A stretch of DNA of 64,000 nt from an uncultured Spirochaetota bacterium (lineage in GTDB: Bacteria > Spirochaetota > Spirochaetia > SZUA-6 > CAVTHK01), in NCBI GenBank assembly GCA_963734495.1, contig CAVTHK010000003.1, positions 352,001 through 416,000 on the forward strand, written 5' to 3'. This document shows positions 1 through 9,648 of this stretch, in pieces (positions within the stretch are counted from its first letter, which is position 1; each line of letters begins with the position of its first letter). The position numbers and the translations under genes are program-made. The notes below the pieces were generated by a model. The model searched no databases. It saw only the letters and a list, made by a program, of their open reading frames with translations, and was not told the origin of the DNA.

Positions 1-123
1 GCGCAGCAGCTTTCAGGCCATTTCGAGCGCTCCCTCGGCGGCGATGGTAGCCGGGACGAGGCAGGAGCGCAACCGGCCGGACGTGCGATACTACGGGCGT
101 GACCGACGAGGGAGGCGGCGGCG

Positions 124-1069
124 GTGAGCTCGTACGACATCGCGATGATCGGGCATGTGTCGCGCGACATCATGGTCTATCCCGGCGGGCCGCGAGGAAC
201 GGCTGCTCGGCGGAGCGGTCGTCTACTCTTCGGCGGCCGCGGCCCGCTCGGGGGCGCGGGTCCTCGTGATCACCAAGGCGGCCAGGGAGGACCTGCCGCT
301 GCTCGGCCCTCTGGAGCACGAGCGGGTCGAGGTCGTCGCGATCGACTCCCCGCCGCACGACCTCGATCCGCAACGTCTACCTCTCGGAGGACCGCGAGCG
401 GCGCGAGGTGTCGCTCGTCGCGGGCGCGGAGCCGTTCGCCGTCGGGGAGCTGCCGGCCTTCGAGGCCGGGATCCTTCACCTGGCCGGTCTCTTTCACGGC
501 GAGATCCCGCCGGCCGCTCGATCCCGGCGCTCGCACCGCGCTACCCGCTCGCCGTCGATGCGCAGGGCTGGCTGCGGCGGGTCGAAGGCGGGCGGATGGT
601 CTTTCGCGACCTGGAGGGCAAGGAGGCGCTGCTTCCGCTCGTCCGCTACCTCAAGACGGACCTCGCCGAGGCGGAGATCCTCACCGGCGAGACCGACCAG
701 GAGCGGGCGGCCCGGGCGCTGCACGCGATGGGGCCGGCGAGCGTCATGGTGACGCACGGGAGCGGCGTGATGGTCGTGGAGGGCGGCCGGCTCTACCGCG
801 CGCCTTTCACGTCACGCAACCTCTCGGGGAGGACAGGCCGCGGCGACACCTGCTTCGCCTCGTACCTCGTCCGGCGGCTCTCGCACGATCCGCAGGAGTC
901 GATTAGCTATGCCGCCGCGCTCACGAGCATCAAGATGGAGACCCCCGGGGTGTTCCGCGGCACGGTGGAGGACGTCCTCGCCCGCATGCGGGAAGGGCTG
1001 AGCAGCGCCGATCGCGCCCGCCGTGCGGCTACCCCGGACCCGGCGCGGCAGCGGTTTGACGGCCCGTGA
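124..1069 (+). CDS. PfkB/ribokinase-family carbohydrate kinase (apparent frameshifts at ~180, ~355, ~515)
   Basis: Fragments join across frames: MSSYDIAMIGHVSRDI / LLGGAVVYSSAAAARSG / LHLAGLFHGEIP / AVDAQGWLR...KTDLAEAEILTG...GRTGRGDTCFASY (PfkB C-terminal GxGD motif). Confidence 0.85.
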
Positions 1070-1107
1070 CGCAGCCTGTACCTTGGGCTCACGCGTGAGG
1101 GGTGCTC

Positions 1108-3525
1108 ATGGAGCCGCAACCCGACACGAAGCGTAAAGCGGTGGCGTCGGACCGGGCCCAGGGCCGAGCCGTGGGCCGTTCCGTGCCGCGGACCGACGGA
1201 CCCGACAAGGTGCACGGCCGCACGCGCTTTACGGCCGACCTGCGCATCCCCGGCCTGCTGCACGCCGCGCTCGTGACCAGCGCGCACGCCCACGGCTCGA
1301 TCGCGGCGGTGCACACCGCGGAGGCTGCCGCGGCGCCCGGCGTGCGCGGCGTCTTCACCGGCGCGGACTTTCCCATACGGATCGGGCTCTACCTCGGCGA
1401 CAAGCCTCCTCTCGCGCGCGCGGTGGTCCGCTACTTCGGCGAGCCCGTCGGCAGCCGTGGTGGCCGACGACGAGGCCGCCGCGGTCGAAGCCGCTTCGCT
1501 CGTCCGCGTCGAGATCCGTCCGCTGCCCGTCGTCCGCACTCCCAGAGAGGCGCTGGCGCCCGGCGCGCCCATCCTCCACCCCGAAGATGGCGCAGTACGA
1601 GCACATCCCGGCGATCCTCCCCGAGCCGGGCACGAACGTCGGCAACCGGACCAGGATCCGCAAGGGCGACGCCGAGCGGGCCTTTGGCGAAGCCGACGTC
1701 ACGGTCGAAAGTGAAGTCGAGTTCCCGCCCGGGCGACCACGTGGCCATGGAGCCGCGCGTGGCGATCGCCGAGGTCAGGCCCGACGGCGCCGTCATCATC
1801 CATTCCTCGACGCAGTCGCCCTACAACGTCCGCATCATCATGAGCCGCACCTTCGGCATCCCGCCGGGAAAGATCACCGTCGTCGCCCCCGCGGTGGGCG
1901 GCGGATTCGGCGGCAAGGCGGGAATCCAGCTCGAGCCGCTCGCCTACCTGTTGTCGAAGGCGGTCGGCGGAAGACCCGTGCGCGTTGCCAACACCCGCGA
2001 GCAGGACCTGGTGAGCTCGCCGGGGCGGCCCGGGCTGCAGGCGCGCGTGCGGCTCGGGGCCCGGAGCGACGGACGGATCATCGCCGCCGACATCGAGTTC
2101 CTCTTCGATTCAGGCGGCTACGCCGACTACGCGGTCAACGTGAGCCGCGCCGCGGGCTACTCCTGCACCGGGCCGTACGCGATCGCGAACGTCAAGGCCG
2201 ACTCGCTCTCGGTCTACACGAACCATCCTTTCGCGACCGCCTACCGCGGCTTCGGCCACATCGAGATGAGCTTCGCGGTCGAGCGCGCCATGGACCTGCT
2301 GGCCGACCGCCTCGGCATGGACCCGGTCGAGCTCCGCGCGCTGAACGCGATCCGCGCGGGGGACACGACACCGACGCAGTCGGTGCTCGACGAGAGCACC
2401 GGCGACCTCAGGGAGTGCCTGCGCTTGGCAGCCGAGGGCGTCGACTGGAGCGCGGGCCCGCGCGCCCGGGTTGACGAGCACCGGGTCCGCGCCAAGGGCG
2501 TGAGCTGCTTCTGGAAGGCGCCCGCCATCCCGACCTTCACGGACGCGGGCGCGGTGGTGACCTTTAACGAGGACGGGAGCGTCAACCTGATCACGGGCGC
2601 GGTGGAGATCGGGCAGGGGACGCACACCGGCCTGGCGCAGATCGTGGCGGAGCGTCTCGCGATCGACCCCTCGATGGTGCACGTGGTCGCCGAGGTGATG
2701 ACCGACCGCTCCGCGCACGACTGGACCACGGCGGCGAGCCGCACGCTGTTCATGTGCGGGCGCGCCGCCCTCGCTGCGATCGACGACGCCGTCGCGCAGA
2801 TCCGCCGCGTGGCCTCCGCGCCGCTGCGCTGCCCCGAGGAGGACCTCGAGGTGGGCGGCAACCGCGTCTATCTGCGCGACGATCCGGGCCGCGGCCTCGC
2901 CCTCCCCGAGGTCGTCATGGGCTACGTCTACCCGAACGGCAACACCGTGGGCGGGCCCGTCATCGGCCGCGGCCGGTACGTCGCCCGCCACCTGAGCGGG
3001 CTCGATCCCGAGACGGGGGAGGGGAGGCCGGGCCTGGAGTGGACTCTCGGCGCCGAGGCCGTGGAGGTCGAGGTCGACCTGCGGGACGGCAGCTATCGCG
3101 TTCTGAGGAGCGCGTGCGCGATGGACGTCGGCCGGGTGATCAACCCGGCCCTCGCCCGCGGCCAGATCGTGGGCGCCATGGCCATGGGGATCGGCTACAC
3201 CACGCGGGAGGCCTTTGTTTTTGGACAAGGCGAGCGCGTGCTCAACGGAAAGCTCCGCGACTACAAGATCCTCCGCTACGGCGAGCATCCCGAATACATC
3301 GTGCGCTTCGTCGAGACGCCCCAGAGGGACGGGCCGTTCGGCGCGCGGGGCCTCGGCGAGCAGGGGATCGTCGGCATGCCGGGCGCGCTGGCAGGGGCGT
3401 TCTCGCGGGCGGTGGAGCGGCACCTCACGCGGCTGCCCATCACGCCGGAGGCGCTGTGGCGGGCGCGCGCGCAGCCTATGGGTGCAGCGCCGACCGGGGA
3501 CACTCCGGAAGGGGGGAACCCGTGA
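1108..3525 (+). CDS. Xanthine dehydrogenase-family molybdopterin-binding large subunit (compensating frameshifts ~1450-1740)
   Basis: Motifs GGGFGGK, AYRGFG, EIGQG, TAASR, GARGLGE; the missing segment is in ORFs 1457 and 1587; lacks the CoxL AYRCSFR motif. Confidence 0.9.
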   Translation: MEPQPDTKRKAVASDRAQGRAVGRSVPRTDGPDKVHGRTRFTADLRIPGLLHAALVTSAHAHGSIAAVHTAEAAAAPGVRGVFTGADFPIRIGLYLGDKPPLARAVVRYFGEPVGSRGGRRRGRRGRSRFARPRRDPSAARRPHSQRGAGARRAHPPPRRWRSTSTSRRSSPSRARTSATGPGSARATPSGPLAKPTSRSKVKSSSRPGDHVAMEPRVAIAEVRPDGAVIIHSSTQSPYNVRIIMSRTFGIPPGKITVVAPAVGGGFGGKAGIQLEPLAYLLSKAVGGRPVRVANTREQDLVSSPGRPGLQARVRLGARSDGRIIAADIEFLFDSGGYADYAVNVSRAAGYSCTGPYAIANVKADSLSVYTNHPFATAYRGFGHIEMSFAVERAMDLLADRLGMDPVELRALNAIRAGDTTPTQSVLDESTGDLRECLRLAAEGVDWSAGPRARVDEHRVRAKGVSCFWKAPAIPTFTDAGAVVTFNEDGSVNLITGAVEIGQGTHTGLAQIVAERLAIDPSMVHVVAEVMTDRSAHDWTTAASRTLFMCGRAALAAIDDAVAQIRRVASAPLRCPEEDLEVGGNRVYLRDDPGRGLALPEVVMGYVYPNGNTVGGPVIGRGRYVARHLSGLDPETGEGRPGLEWTLGAEAVEVEVDLRDGSYRVLRSACAMDVGRVINPALARGQIVGAMAMGIGYTTREAFVFGQGERVLNGKLRDYKILRYGEHPEYIVRFVETPQRDGPFGARGLGEQGIVGMPGALAGAFSRAVERHLTRLPITPEALWRARAQPMGAAPTGDTPEGGNP

Positions 3526-4328
3526 TCCCCTACGACGTCGCCTACTACCGGCCCGACACGCTGCCCGAGGCGCTCGAGGCGTTCAGGCAGGCGGCCGCCG
3601 AAGGGCTTGCGCCCGCGTGGCTCGGCGGCGGCACCGAGATCGTGACGATGGCGCGCGACGGGAAGCTGCGTCCGGGCGCTCTCATCGACCTCAAGGGGGT
3701 GCCCGAGTGCGCGGGCATCGAGGAGCTCGACGGGCACCTGCGCTTCGGCGCCTGCCTCACGCTGAACGAGGCGGCGGACCAGGCGCGCTTCCCGCTGCTC
3801 GCGGCGGCGGCATCGGGAGTCGCGGACCACACCGTGCGCAACAGCATCACTCTCGGAGGAAACATCGCGGGAAGGCTTCCCTACCGCGAAGCTGTTCTGC
3901 CCTTCCTCCTGTGTGACACGGTCGCGGAGATCGCCGGCGCCGAGGGCGGGCGCGAGGTTCCGCTCGCGAAGCTCTTCGAGAAGCGGCTGCGCCTTGCAGC
4001 CGGCGAGGCGCTCGTGGCGCTGCGCGTGCCCGTGGCCGCGGCGTCGCTGCCCCACGCGTACGCCCGGCGCACGAAGGACTCTCGCGTCGATTACCCGCTG
4101 CTCACCGCGTGCTTCGTCCGCGACGGCCGGACGCTCCGTGTCGCGGTCAGCGGGCTGGGCGACTACCCGGCGAAGCTCCCCGACCGCGAGATGGGCCGCG
4201 GCGCGCCCGCAACGGACACCGCGGGCCTCGCGGCGCGGGCCGACATGCGCGCGTCCGCGGAGTACCGGGTGGCGCTCTTCCAGCGGGCGCTCGAGGAGGC
4301 TGCGGCGCGCCTCGAGGAGGCAAGGTGA
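3522..4328 (+). CDS. Molybdenum hydroxylase FAD-binding subunit (CoxM/XdhB-like)
   Basis: GTGA overlap with upstream stop; YYRPDTLPEAL, GGGTE, RNSITLGGNI, DMRASAEYR. Confidence 0.9.
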   Translation: MIPYDVAYYRPDTLPEALEAFRQAAAEGLAPAWLGGGTEIVTMARDGKLRPGALIDLKGVPECAGIEELDGHLRFGACLTLNEAADQARFPLLAAAASGVADHTVRNSITLGGNIAGRLPYREAVLPFLLCDTVAEIAGAEGGREVPLAKLFEKRLRLAAGEALVALRVPVAAASLPHAYARRTKDSRVDYPLLTACFVRDGRTLRVAVSGLGDYPAKLPDREMGRGAPATDTAGLAARADMRASAEYRVALFQRALEEAAARLEEAR

Positions 4329-4801
4329 AGGTCTACCGCGGAATCACGCGCGTCACCCTGCGGGTCAACGGAGAGGAGCGGGGCGCAAACGTGCGGCCGG
4401 GCGACACGCTGCTGCGCACGCTGCGCGAGGGCCTCGGCCTCACGGGGACCAAGGCGGGCTGCGAGAATGGCGACTGCGGCGCCTGCACCGTGCTGCTCGA
4501 CGGACGGCCGGTCAAGAGCTGCCTGGTCCTCACGCTCTCCGCGATCGGGCGCGAGGTTACCACGATCGAAGGCCTCCGCGGCACGGCGCTCCAGCGCGCC
4601 TTCGTCGAGGAGAACGGGTTCCAGTGCGGCTTCTGCACTCCGGGCATCCTCATGAACGCGCACGCGCTTCTCGCGGCCGACCCGCGGCCGTCGCCCGAGG
4701 CGGCGCGCCTCTGGCTGGAGAGCAACCTCTGCCGCTGCACCGGCTACGAAGGGATCGAGCGCGCGGTCAGACGCGCATCGGGAGGCTCGACCGCCGACTG
4801 A
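4325..4801 (+). CDS. Molybdenum hydroxylase 2x[2Fe-2S] subunit (CoxS/XdhC-like)
   Basis: GTGA overlap; GCENGDCGACTV, QCGFCTPG, NLCRCTGY. Confidence 0.93.
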   Translation: MKVYRGITRVTLRVNGEERGANVRPGDTLLRTLREGLGLTGTKAGCENGDCGACTVLLDGRPVKSCLVLTLSAIGREVTTIEGLRGTALQRAFVEENGFQCGFCTPGILMNAHALLAADPRPSPEAARLWLESNLCRCTGYEGIERAVRRASGGSTAD

Positions 4802-4856
4802 CGCTTGCGCGGGCCGGCCTCCGGGCGCTACTCTTGCGGCACACCGGGGACAGCCG

Positions 4857-5840
4857 TTGCCGCAGATCGTCGTCGAGTCGCTGACCAAGACCTATCGCGT
4901 CTCGGAGCGGGCCTCAGGCCTCGCGGGCGCCCTCGCCGGGCTCGTGAGGCGCAGGCATCGGGTCGTGCGCGCGCTCGACGGGGTGTCCTTCAACATCAAT
5001 TCCGGTGAGCTCGTCGGCTACATCGGACCCAACGGGGCGGGCAAGAGCACCACGGTCAAGGTTCTCTCCGGCATCCTCGTGCCGGACAGCGGGCGCTGCG
5101 AGGTCGACGGTCTCGTTCCCTGGCGCGACCGGGTGCGCCACGTGAGCCGCATCGGCGTGGTCTTCGGCCAGCGCACGCAGCTCTGGTGGGACCTCCCGGT
5201 GATCGAGTCCTTCGACCTCCTGCGCGACGTCTACCGGATCCCGCGCGCCGCCTACCGCGTCACGCGCGACGAGCTGGTGGAGCTGCTGAGCCTCGCCCCG
5301 CTGCTCGATACGCCGGTGCGCAGCCTGAGCCTCGGCCAGCGCATGCGCTGCGACATCGCCGCCTCGCTCCTGCACTCGCCCGCCCTGGTCTTCCTCGACG
5401 AGCCGACGATCGGCCTCGACGCCGTCGCCAAGCTCAAGGTGCGGGAGTTCGTGCGGGCGCAGAACCGCGAGAAGGGCACGACGGTCATCCTCACGACCCA
5501 CGACATGGACGACATCGAAGCGCTCTGCGAGCGGGTCCTGGTGATCGGCCGGGGACGCATCCTCTGTGACGGGAGCCTCGGCTCCCTGCGCGAGCTCGTG
5601 AGCCCGGAGCGCAGGCTCGTGGTCGACCTCGAGCACGAAGCGACGCTCCAGGTGCCAGGCGCGAGGGTCGTGGAGGTGGACGGGCAGCGCGTGCACCTGA
5701 GCTTCGACCCGCGCGAAGTCTCCGCCGCCGACCTGATCGCGCGCGTGTCCGCCGCCTGGCCGGTGCGCGACCTCTTCGTCGAGAACCCACCGATCGAGCA
5801 GATCATCGCGCGGCTTTACCGCTCGCATGGAGAAGAATGA
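4857..5840 (+). CDS. ABC-2 type exporter ATP-binding protein
   Basis: GPNGAGKST, FGQRTQLWWDLP, LSLGQRMR, FLDEPTIGLD. Confidence 0.93.
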   Translation: MPQIVVESLTKTYRVSERASGLAGALAGLVRRRHRVVRALDGVSFNINSGELVGYIGPNGAGKSTTVKVLSGILVPDSGRCEVDGLVPWRDRVRHVSRIGVVFGQRTQLWWDLPVIESFDLLRDVYRIPRAAYRVTRDELVELLSLAPLLDTPVRSLSLGQRMRCDIAASLLHSPALVFLDEPTIGLDAVAKLKVREFVRAQNREKGTTVILTTHDMDDIEALCERVLVIGRGRILCDGSLGSLRELVSPERRLVVDLEHEATLQVPGARVVEVDGQRVHLSFDPREVSAADLIARVSAAWPVRDLFVENPPIEQIIARLYRSHGEE

Positions 5841-6673
5841 AGGCAGCCTCCGGCGCCGCCGCTCCCTACCTGGCCGTCCTCTCCGCGCGCCTGCGCACGC
5901 TGCTGCAGTACCGCGCCGCGGCGCTCGCGGGGTTCGCGACGCAGCTCTTCTGGGGCTTCCTCAAGATCATGGTGCTCGCGGCGTTCTACCGGGCGCGGCC
6001 GGAGGCGCAGCCGATGAGCTTTGCCGCGGTCGCCTCCTACGTCTGGCTCGGGCAGGCGCTGCTCGGGATGTTCCCGTGGAACGTGGACCGGGACGTGGAC
6101 GCTATGGTGCGCAACGGCACCGTGGCCTACGACCTGCTGCGCCCCATCGACGCATACGCTCACTGGTACACGCGGGCTCTCGCGTGGCGGATGGCGTCGC
6201 CCGCTCTCCGCGCCCCGCCGATGGTGTTGACGGCCGGCATCCTGCTGCCGCTCGCGGGGCTCGGCGGCTGGGCGCTCTCGCCGCCGCCCTCGCTCGCCGC
6301 CGGCCTCGCCTGGGCCGCGGCGCAGACCGTGGCGCTCGCGATGAGCGCCGCGATCACCGCGGCCCTCAACATCTCCCTCGTCTGGACCATCTCCGGCCAG
6401 GGCGTGCGGATGGTCGTGCCCCACCTGGTCACCGTCCTCTCCGGGATGATCATCCCGCTGCCCATCCTGCCGCCGGTCCTGCAGCGAGTGCTTCAGGCGC
6501 TGCCCTTTGCGTACCTCGTCGACGTGCCGTACAGGCTCTTCGCCGGCGACATCCCCGCGGCCCGCCTGCCCGGGCTCCTCGCCGTCGGCCTCGCGTGGAC
6601 CGCCGGCATCGTGGCCCTCGGCCGCTTTCTCATGAGCCGCGCGACCCGCCGTCTCGTGGTGCAGGGCGGATAG
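5837..6673 (+). CDS. ABC-2 family permease (DUF990/ABC2_membrane_6-like)
   Basis: Hydrophobic; LQYR, GTVAYDLLRP, C-terminal VVQGG; ATGA overlap. Confidence 0.88.
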   Translation: MKAASGAAAPYLAVLSARLRTLLQYRAAALAGFATQLFWGFLKIMVLAAFYRARPEAQPMSFAAVASYVWLGQALLGMFPWNVDRDVDAMVRNGTVAYDLLRPIDAYAHWYTRALAWRMASPALRAPPMVLTAGILLPLAGLGGWALSPPPSLAAGLAWAAAQTVALAMSAAITAALNISLVWTISGQGVRMVVPHLVTVLSGMIIPLPILPPVLQRVLQALPFAYLVDVPYRLFAGDIPAARLPGLLAVGLAWTAGIVALGRFLMSRATRRLVVQGG

Positions 6674-6681
6674 GGGCCGGC

Positions 6682-7482
6682 ATGAACGGGCTGCGGCTCT
6701 ACCTGCGCTACATCACGGTGTCGCTGCAGGCGCAGATGGAGTACAAGGCGTCGTTCGCCTTGCAGGCGCTGGGGCAGTTGCTGGCCACCGCCATCGATTT
6801 CGTCGGGCTGTGGGCGCTGTTTACGCGCTTCGGCGGCGTGAAGGGCTGGAGCCTCGCCGAGGCCGCCTTTCTCTACGGAGTCGTCAACATCTCCGCCGCG
6901 TTCGGCGACGCCGTGTCGCGCGGCCTCGACGTCATGGGGAGCTTTATCCGGGATGGCGACCTGGACCGTCTGCTGCTGCGCCCGCGGTCGCTGGTGGTGC
7001 AGCTTGTGGGGTACGAGTTCACGCTGCGCCGCTTCGGAAGGTTCCTTCAGGGCGCCGCGGTCCTCGCCTGGTCGATCACGCGGCTCGCGATCCCCTGGTC
7101 GGCCGGCCGTGTCGTGCTGCTGGCCGCCTCCATCGTCTCGGGCGCGACCCTCTGGCTCGGCCTCCTGGTCCTCCAGGCCACGCTCGCGTTCTGGACGGTG
7201 GAGTCGCTCGAGATCATGAACACGGTGACCTACGGCGGGACCGAGACCGCCGAGTTCCCGATGTCGATCTACAGCCGGTGGTTCAGGCGCTTCTTCATCT
7301 TCGTCGTTCCCCTGGCGTGCGCGTCGTACTTTCCGGTGATCGCGATCCTCGGCAAGGCGGACCTGCCCGGAGCCCCGCCGTGGCTCGGCTGGGTCTCGCC
7401 CGCCGCCGGACCGCTCTTTCTCGCGGCCTCGCTCCAGGTCTTCAAGCTCGGCGTGCGGCACTACACCTCTACAGGAAGCTGA
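6682..7482 (+). CDS. ABC-2 family permease (second subunit)
   Basis: MNGLRLYLRY start; GDLDRLLLRP, FPMSIY, C-terminal YTSTGS. Confidence 0.88.
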   Translation: MNGLRLYLRYITVSLQAQMEYKASFALQALGQLLATAIDFVGLWALFTRFGGVKGWSLAEAAFLYGVVNISAAFGDAVSRGLDVMGSFIRDGDLDRLLLRPRSLVVQLVGYEFTLRRFGRFLQGAAVLAWSITRLAIPWSAGRVVLLAASIVSGATLWLGLLVLQATLAFWTVESLEIMNTVTYGGTETAEFPMSIYSRWFRRFFIFVVPLACASYFPVIAILGKADLPGAPPWLGWVSPAAGPLFLAASLQVFKLGVRHYTSTGS

Positions 7483-7508
7483 GCAGCTGCGTGGCTCCGG
7501 CCCGCAGA

Positions 7509-8581
7509 TTACCGTGAAACGCCGGCGAGCCCGAGCTCCTCGGCGAAATGACAGGCGGACCAGTGGCCGTCAGACAGCTTCCGCAGGGCGGGCTCCTCGC
7601 CGCTGCACTTCGCCATTCGCCCGTCGAGCTGGGCGTAGCGGCACCTCGTGTGAAAGCGGCAGCCGCTCGGCGGATTGAGGGGCGAAGGTACGTTGCCCTG
7701 CAGCACAATCCGATGGCCGGTGTAGGTGGGGTCAGGCACGGGGACAGCCGAAAGTAGCGCTTCGGTGTACGGGTGCCGCGGACGCGCATACAGATCCCGA
7801 GTCACGCCGACCTCGACGATCTTGCCGAGGTACATGACGGCAACGCGATCGCACATCTGCTCCACCACGGACAGGTCGTGGGCTATGATGACGTAGGTGA
7901 GGGTGAACCGCCTCTGCAGATCGACCAGCAGGTTGAGCACTTGGCCCTGGATCGAAACGTCCAGCGCGGACACCGGCTCGTCGGCGATGATCAGCCTGGG
8001 GCGCAGCGCAAGAGCCCGCGCGATGCCGATCCGCTGCCTCTGCCCGCCGGAGAATTGATGTGGGTAGCGGTTGCGGTGGTCCGGGCGGATTCCCACCTCG
8101 TGCATGAGCTCGGCGACCTTCTCGTCGATCTTCGACTTCCCGACAGCGGACCGGTGAATGAGAAAGGGCTCGGCGAGAATCTCGCGAATTGTCATCTTCG
8201 GGTTGAGCGACGAGTCGGGGTCTGGAACACCATCTGTATCTCGCGCCGGATCCGCTTGAGCGCACTCTTTGCGAGTCCGGTCAAGTCGATGAGATCTGAC
8301 CCGCCGCCACCGGACCGCGCGCTGACCGCGTTCGACCTGAAGAGAATCGTGCCTGCGGTCGGCTCGATTAGGCGAATGATTGCCCGCCCGGCTGTTGTCT
8401 TTCCGCACCCGCTCTCACCCACGAGACCGAGCGTCTCCCCGGACCGGACGTAGAGCGATACATCATCGACCGCCTTGACGTCGCCGACCTTTCCGTAGAG
8501 TAAGCCGCCCCGGACCGGGAAGTACTTCTTGAGGTGCTGGACCTCGAGGACCACGTCCTCGCCGTTCTCAAATGACGACAT
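7509..8581 (-). CDS. Oligopeptide/dipeptide ABC ATP-binding protein, OppF/DppF-like (frameshift ~8220)
   Basis: N-part (ORF 8192-8596): [22 protein letters not shown]-part: [32 protein letters not shown]. Confidence 0.88.
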
Positions 8582-9563
8582 CGCGTTCCCCGCCACTGCC
8601 CTCGACGACCTTCGAGTCCTCTTTCCGGGACGACTCCTGCGTGTGCAGCCAGCACCTCGAGAGATGATCGGGCTCGACGGCCACGAACGGAGGCGGTTGC
8701 GCGCAGACAGCCATGCGGTACGCGCAGCGATCCGAGAACCTGCATCCCTCGGGCATGGAGAGTGGGTCGGGGACGATTCCCGGGATCGGATTGAACTTCT
8801 TTGTCTGCTGCGCTCCGAGGACGGGGAGCGCGTTCAGCAACCCCTGAGTGTACGGATGCAGCCGCTTGGCGAAAAAGTTGCTCGTGCTGCTCCTCTCCAC
8901 TAGCTCCCCGAGGTACATCACGGCCACTTCGTCGGCGATCCCCGCGACGACTCCCAGGTCGTGAGTGATCATGATGATGGACATCCGCAGCTCGCTGGCC
9001 GCAGTCCACGGTGCGTCGACGTACTGCGGCGAAAAGAGCCCCTGCGGGGGCGGAATATCGAAGATGTAGAAGAGGCCCACGAGAACCAGAAGAGCAAGAA
9101 AGAAATCGGGTATCGAAAGCCCGAGGAACGCGCCGACGCTGACGACGTAATCCGAAATGCCGTACTGGCGATACGCCGTCCATATGCCGATCGGGATGCC
9201 GATCACGTACATGAACACGAAGGCCGACAGCGAGATGGTCATTGAATAGAGGAGCCTCGGGCCCACGAGGTTCGAGACAGGCTGGAAGTTGTCGAACGAT
9301 ACGCCGAAATCACCCTGCATGAACCTTCCGAGCCAGTTGACGTATCGGACTACAAAGGGTTGCGTGAATCCGTAGCGCTCTCGAAGCAGATCGGTCCGGT
9401 CCTTCGCGGCCTTCGCGGAGTAGTTGTAGGTGACTTGCAGCGCCTGCTCGTAACGGGTCAGTGGGTCCCCCGGCGCGAGGGTCAGGATCACGAAGACCAC
9501 GAAGGACATGATGACGAGGGTTGGGACAAAATTGGCGATTCGGCGAACTACATAAGAGCCCAT
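8568..9563 (-). pseudogene. In-frame chimera: OppB/DppB permease N-part fused to OppD/DppD ATPase C-terminus (oppC and the OppD Walker A/B region absent)
   Basis: MGSYVVRRI...LAPGDP...GDFGVS...SIPDFFLAL...DAPWTAA switches at ~8996 to SELRMSIIMITHDLGVV...HPYTQGLL...CRFSDRC. Confidence 0.85.
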
Positions 9564-9579
9564 GTTGTCTCTTGGCCCG

Positions 9580-9645
9580 TGCAGGGGTGCCGCGTGACCA
9601 TCGCGGCACTCCCTGCATGAGCACGGCCGGCAGTATTGCCGGCCG
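9580..9645 (-). terminator. Two adjacent GC-rich hairpins after the SBP gene (terminator or mRNA stabiliser)
   Basis: CGGCCGGCA-gtat-TGCCGGCCG (9624-9645) and TGCAGGGGTGCCGCG...CGCGGCACTCCCTGCA (9580-9617). Confidence 0.55.
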
Positions 9646-9648
9646 CGG

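Noticed and set aside
1108-4801. Aerobic CO dehydrogenase
   Set aside because: Active-site loop is AYRGFG rather than AYRCSFR, and no cox accessory genes are present
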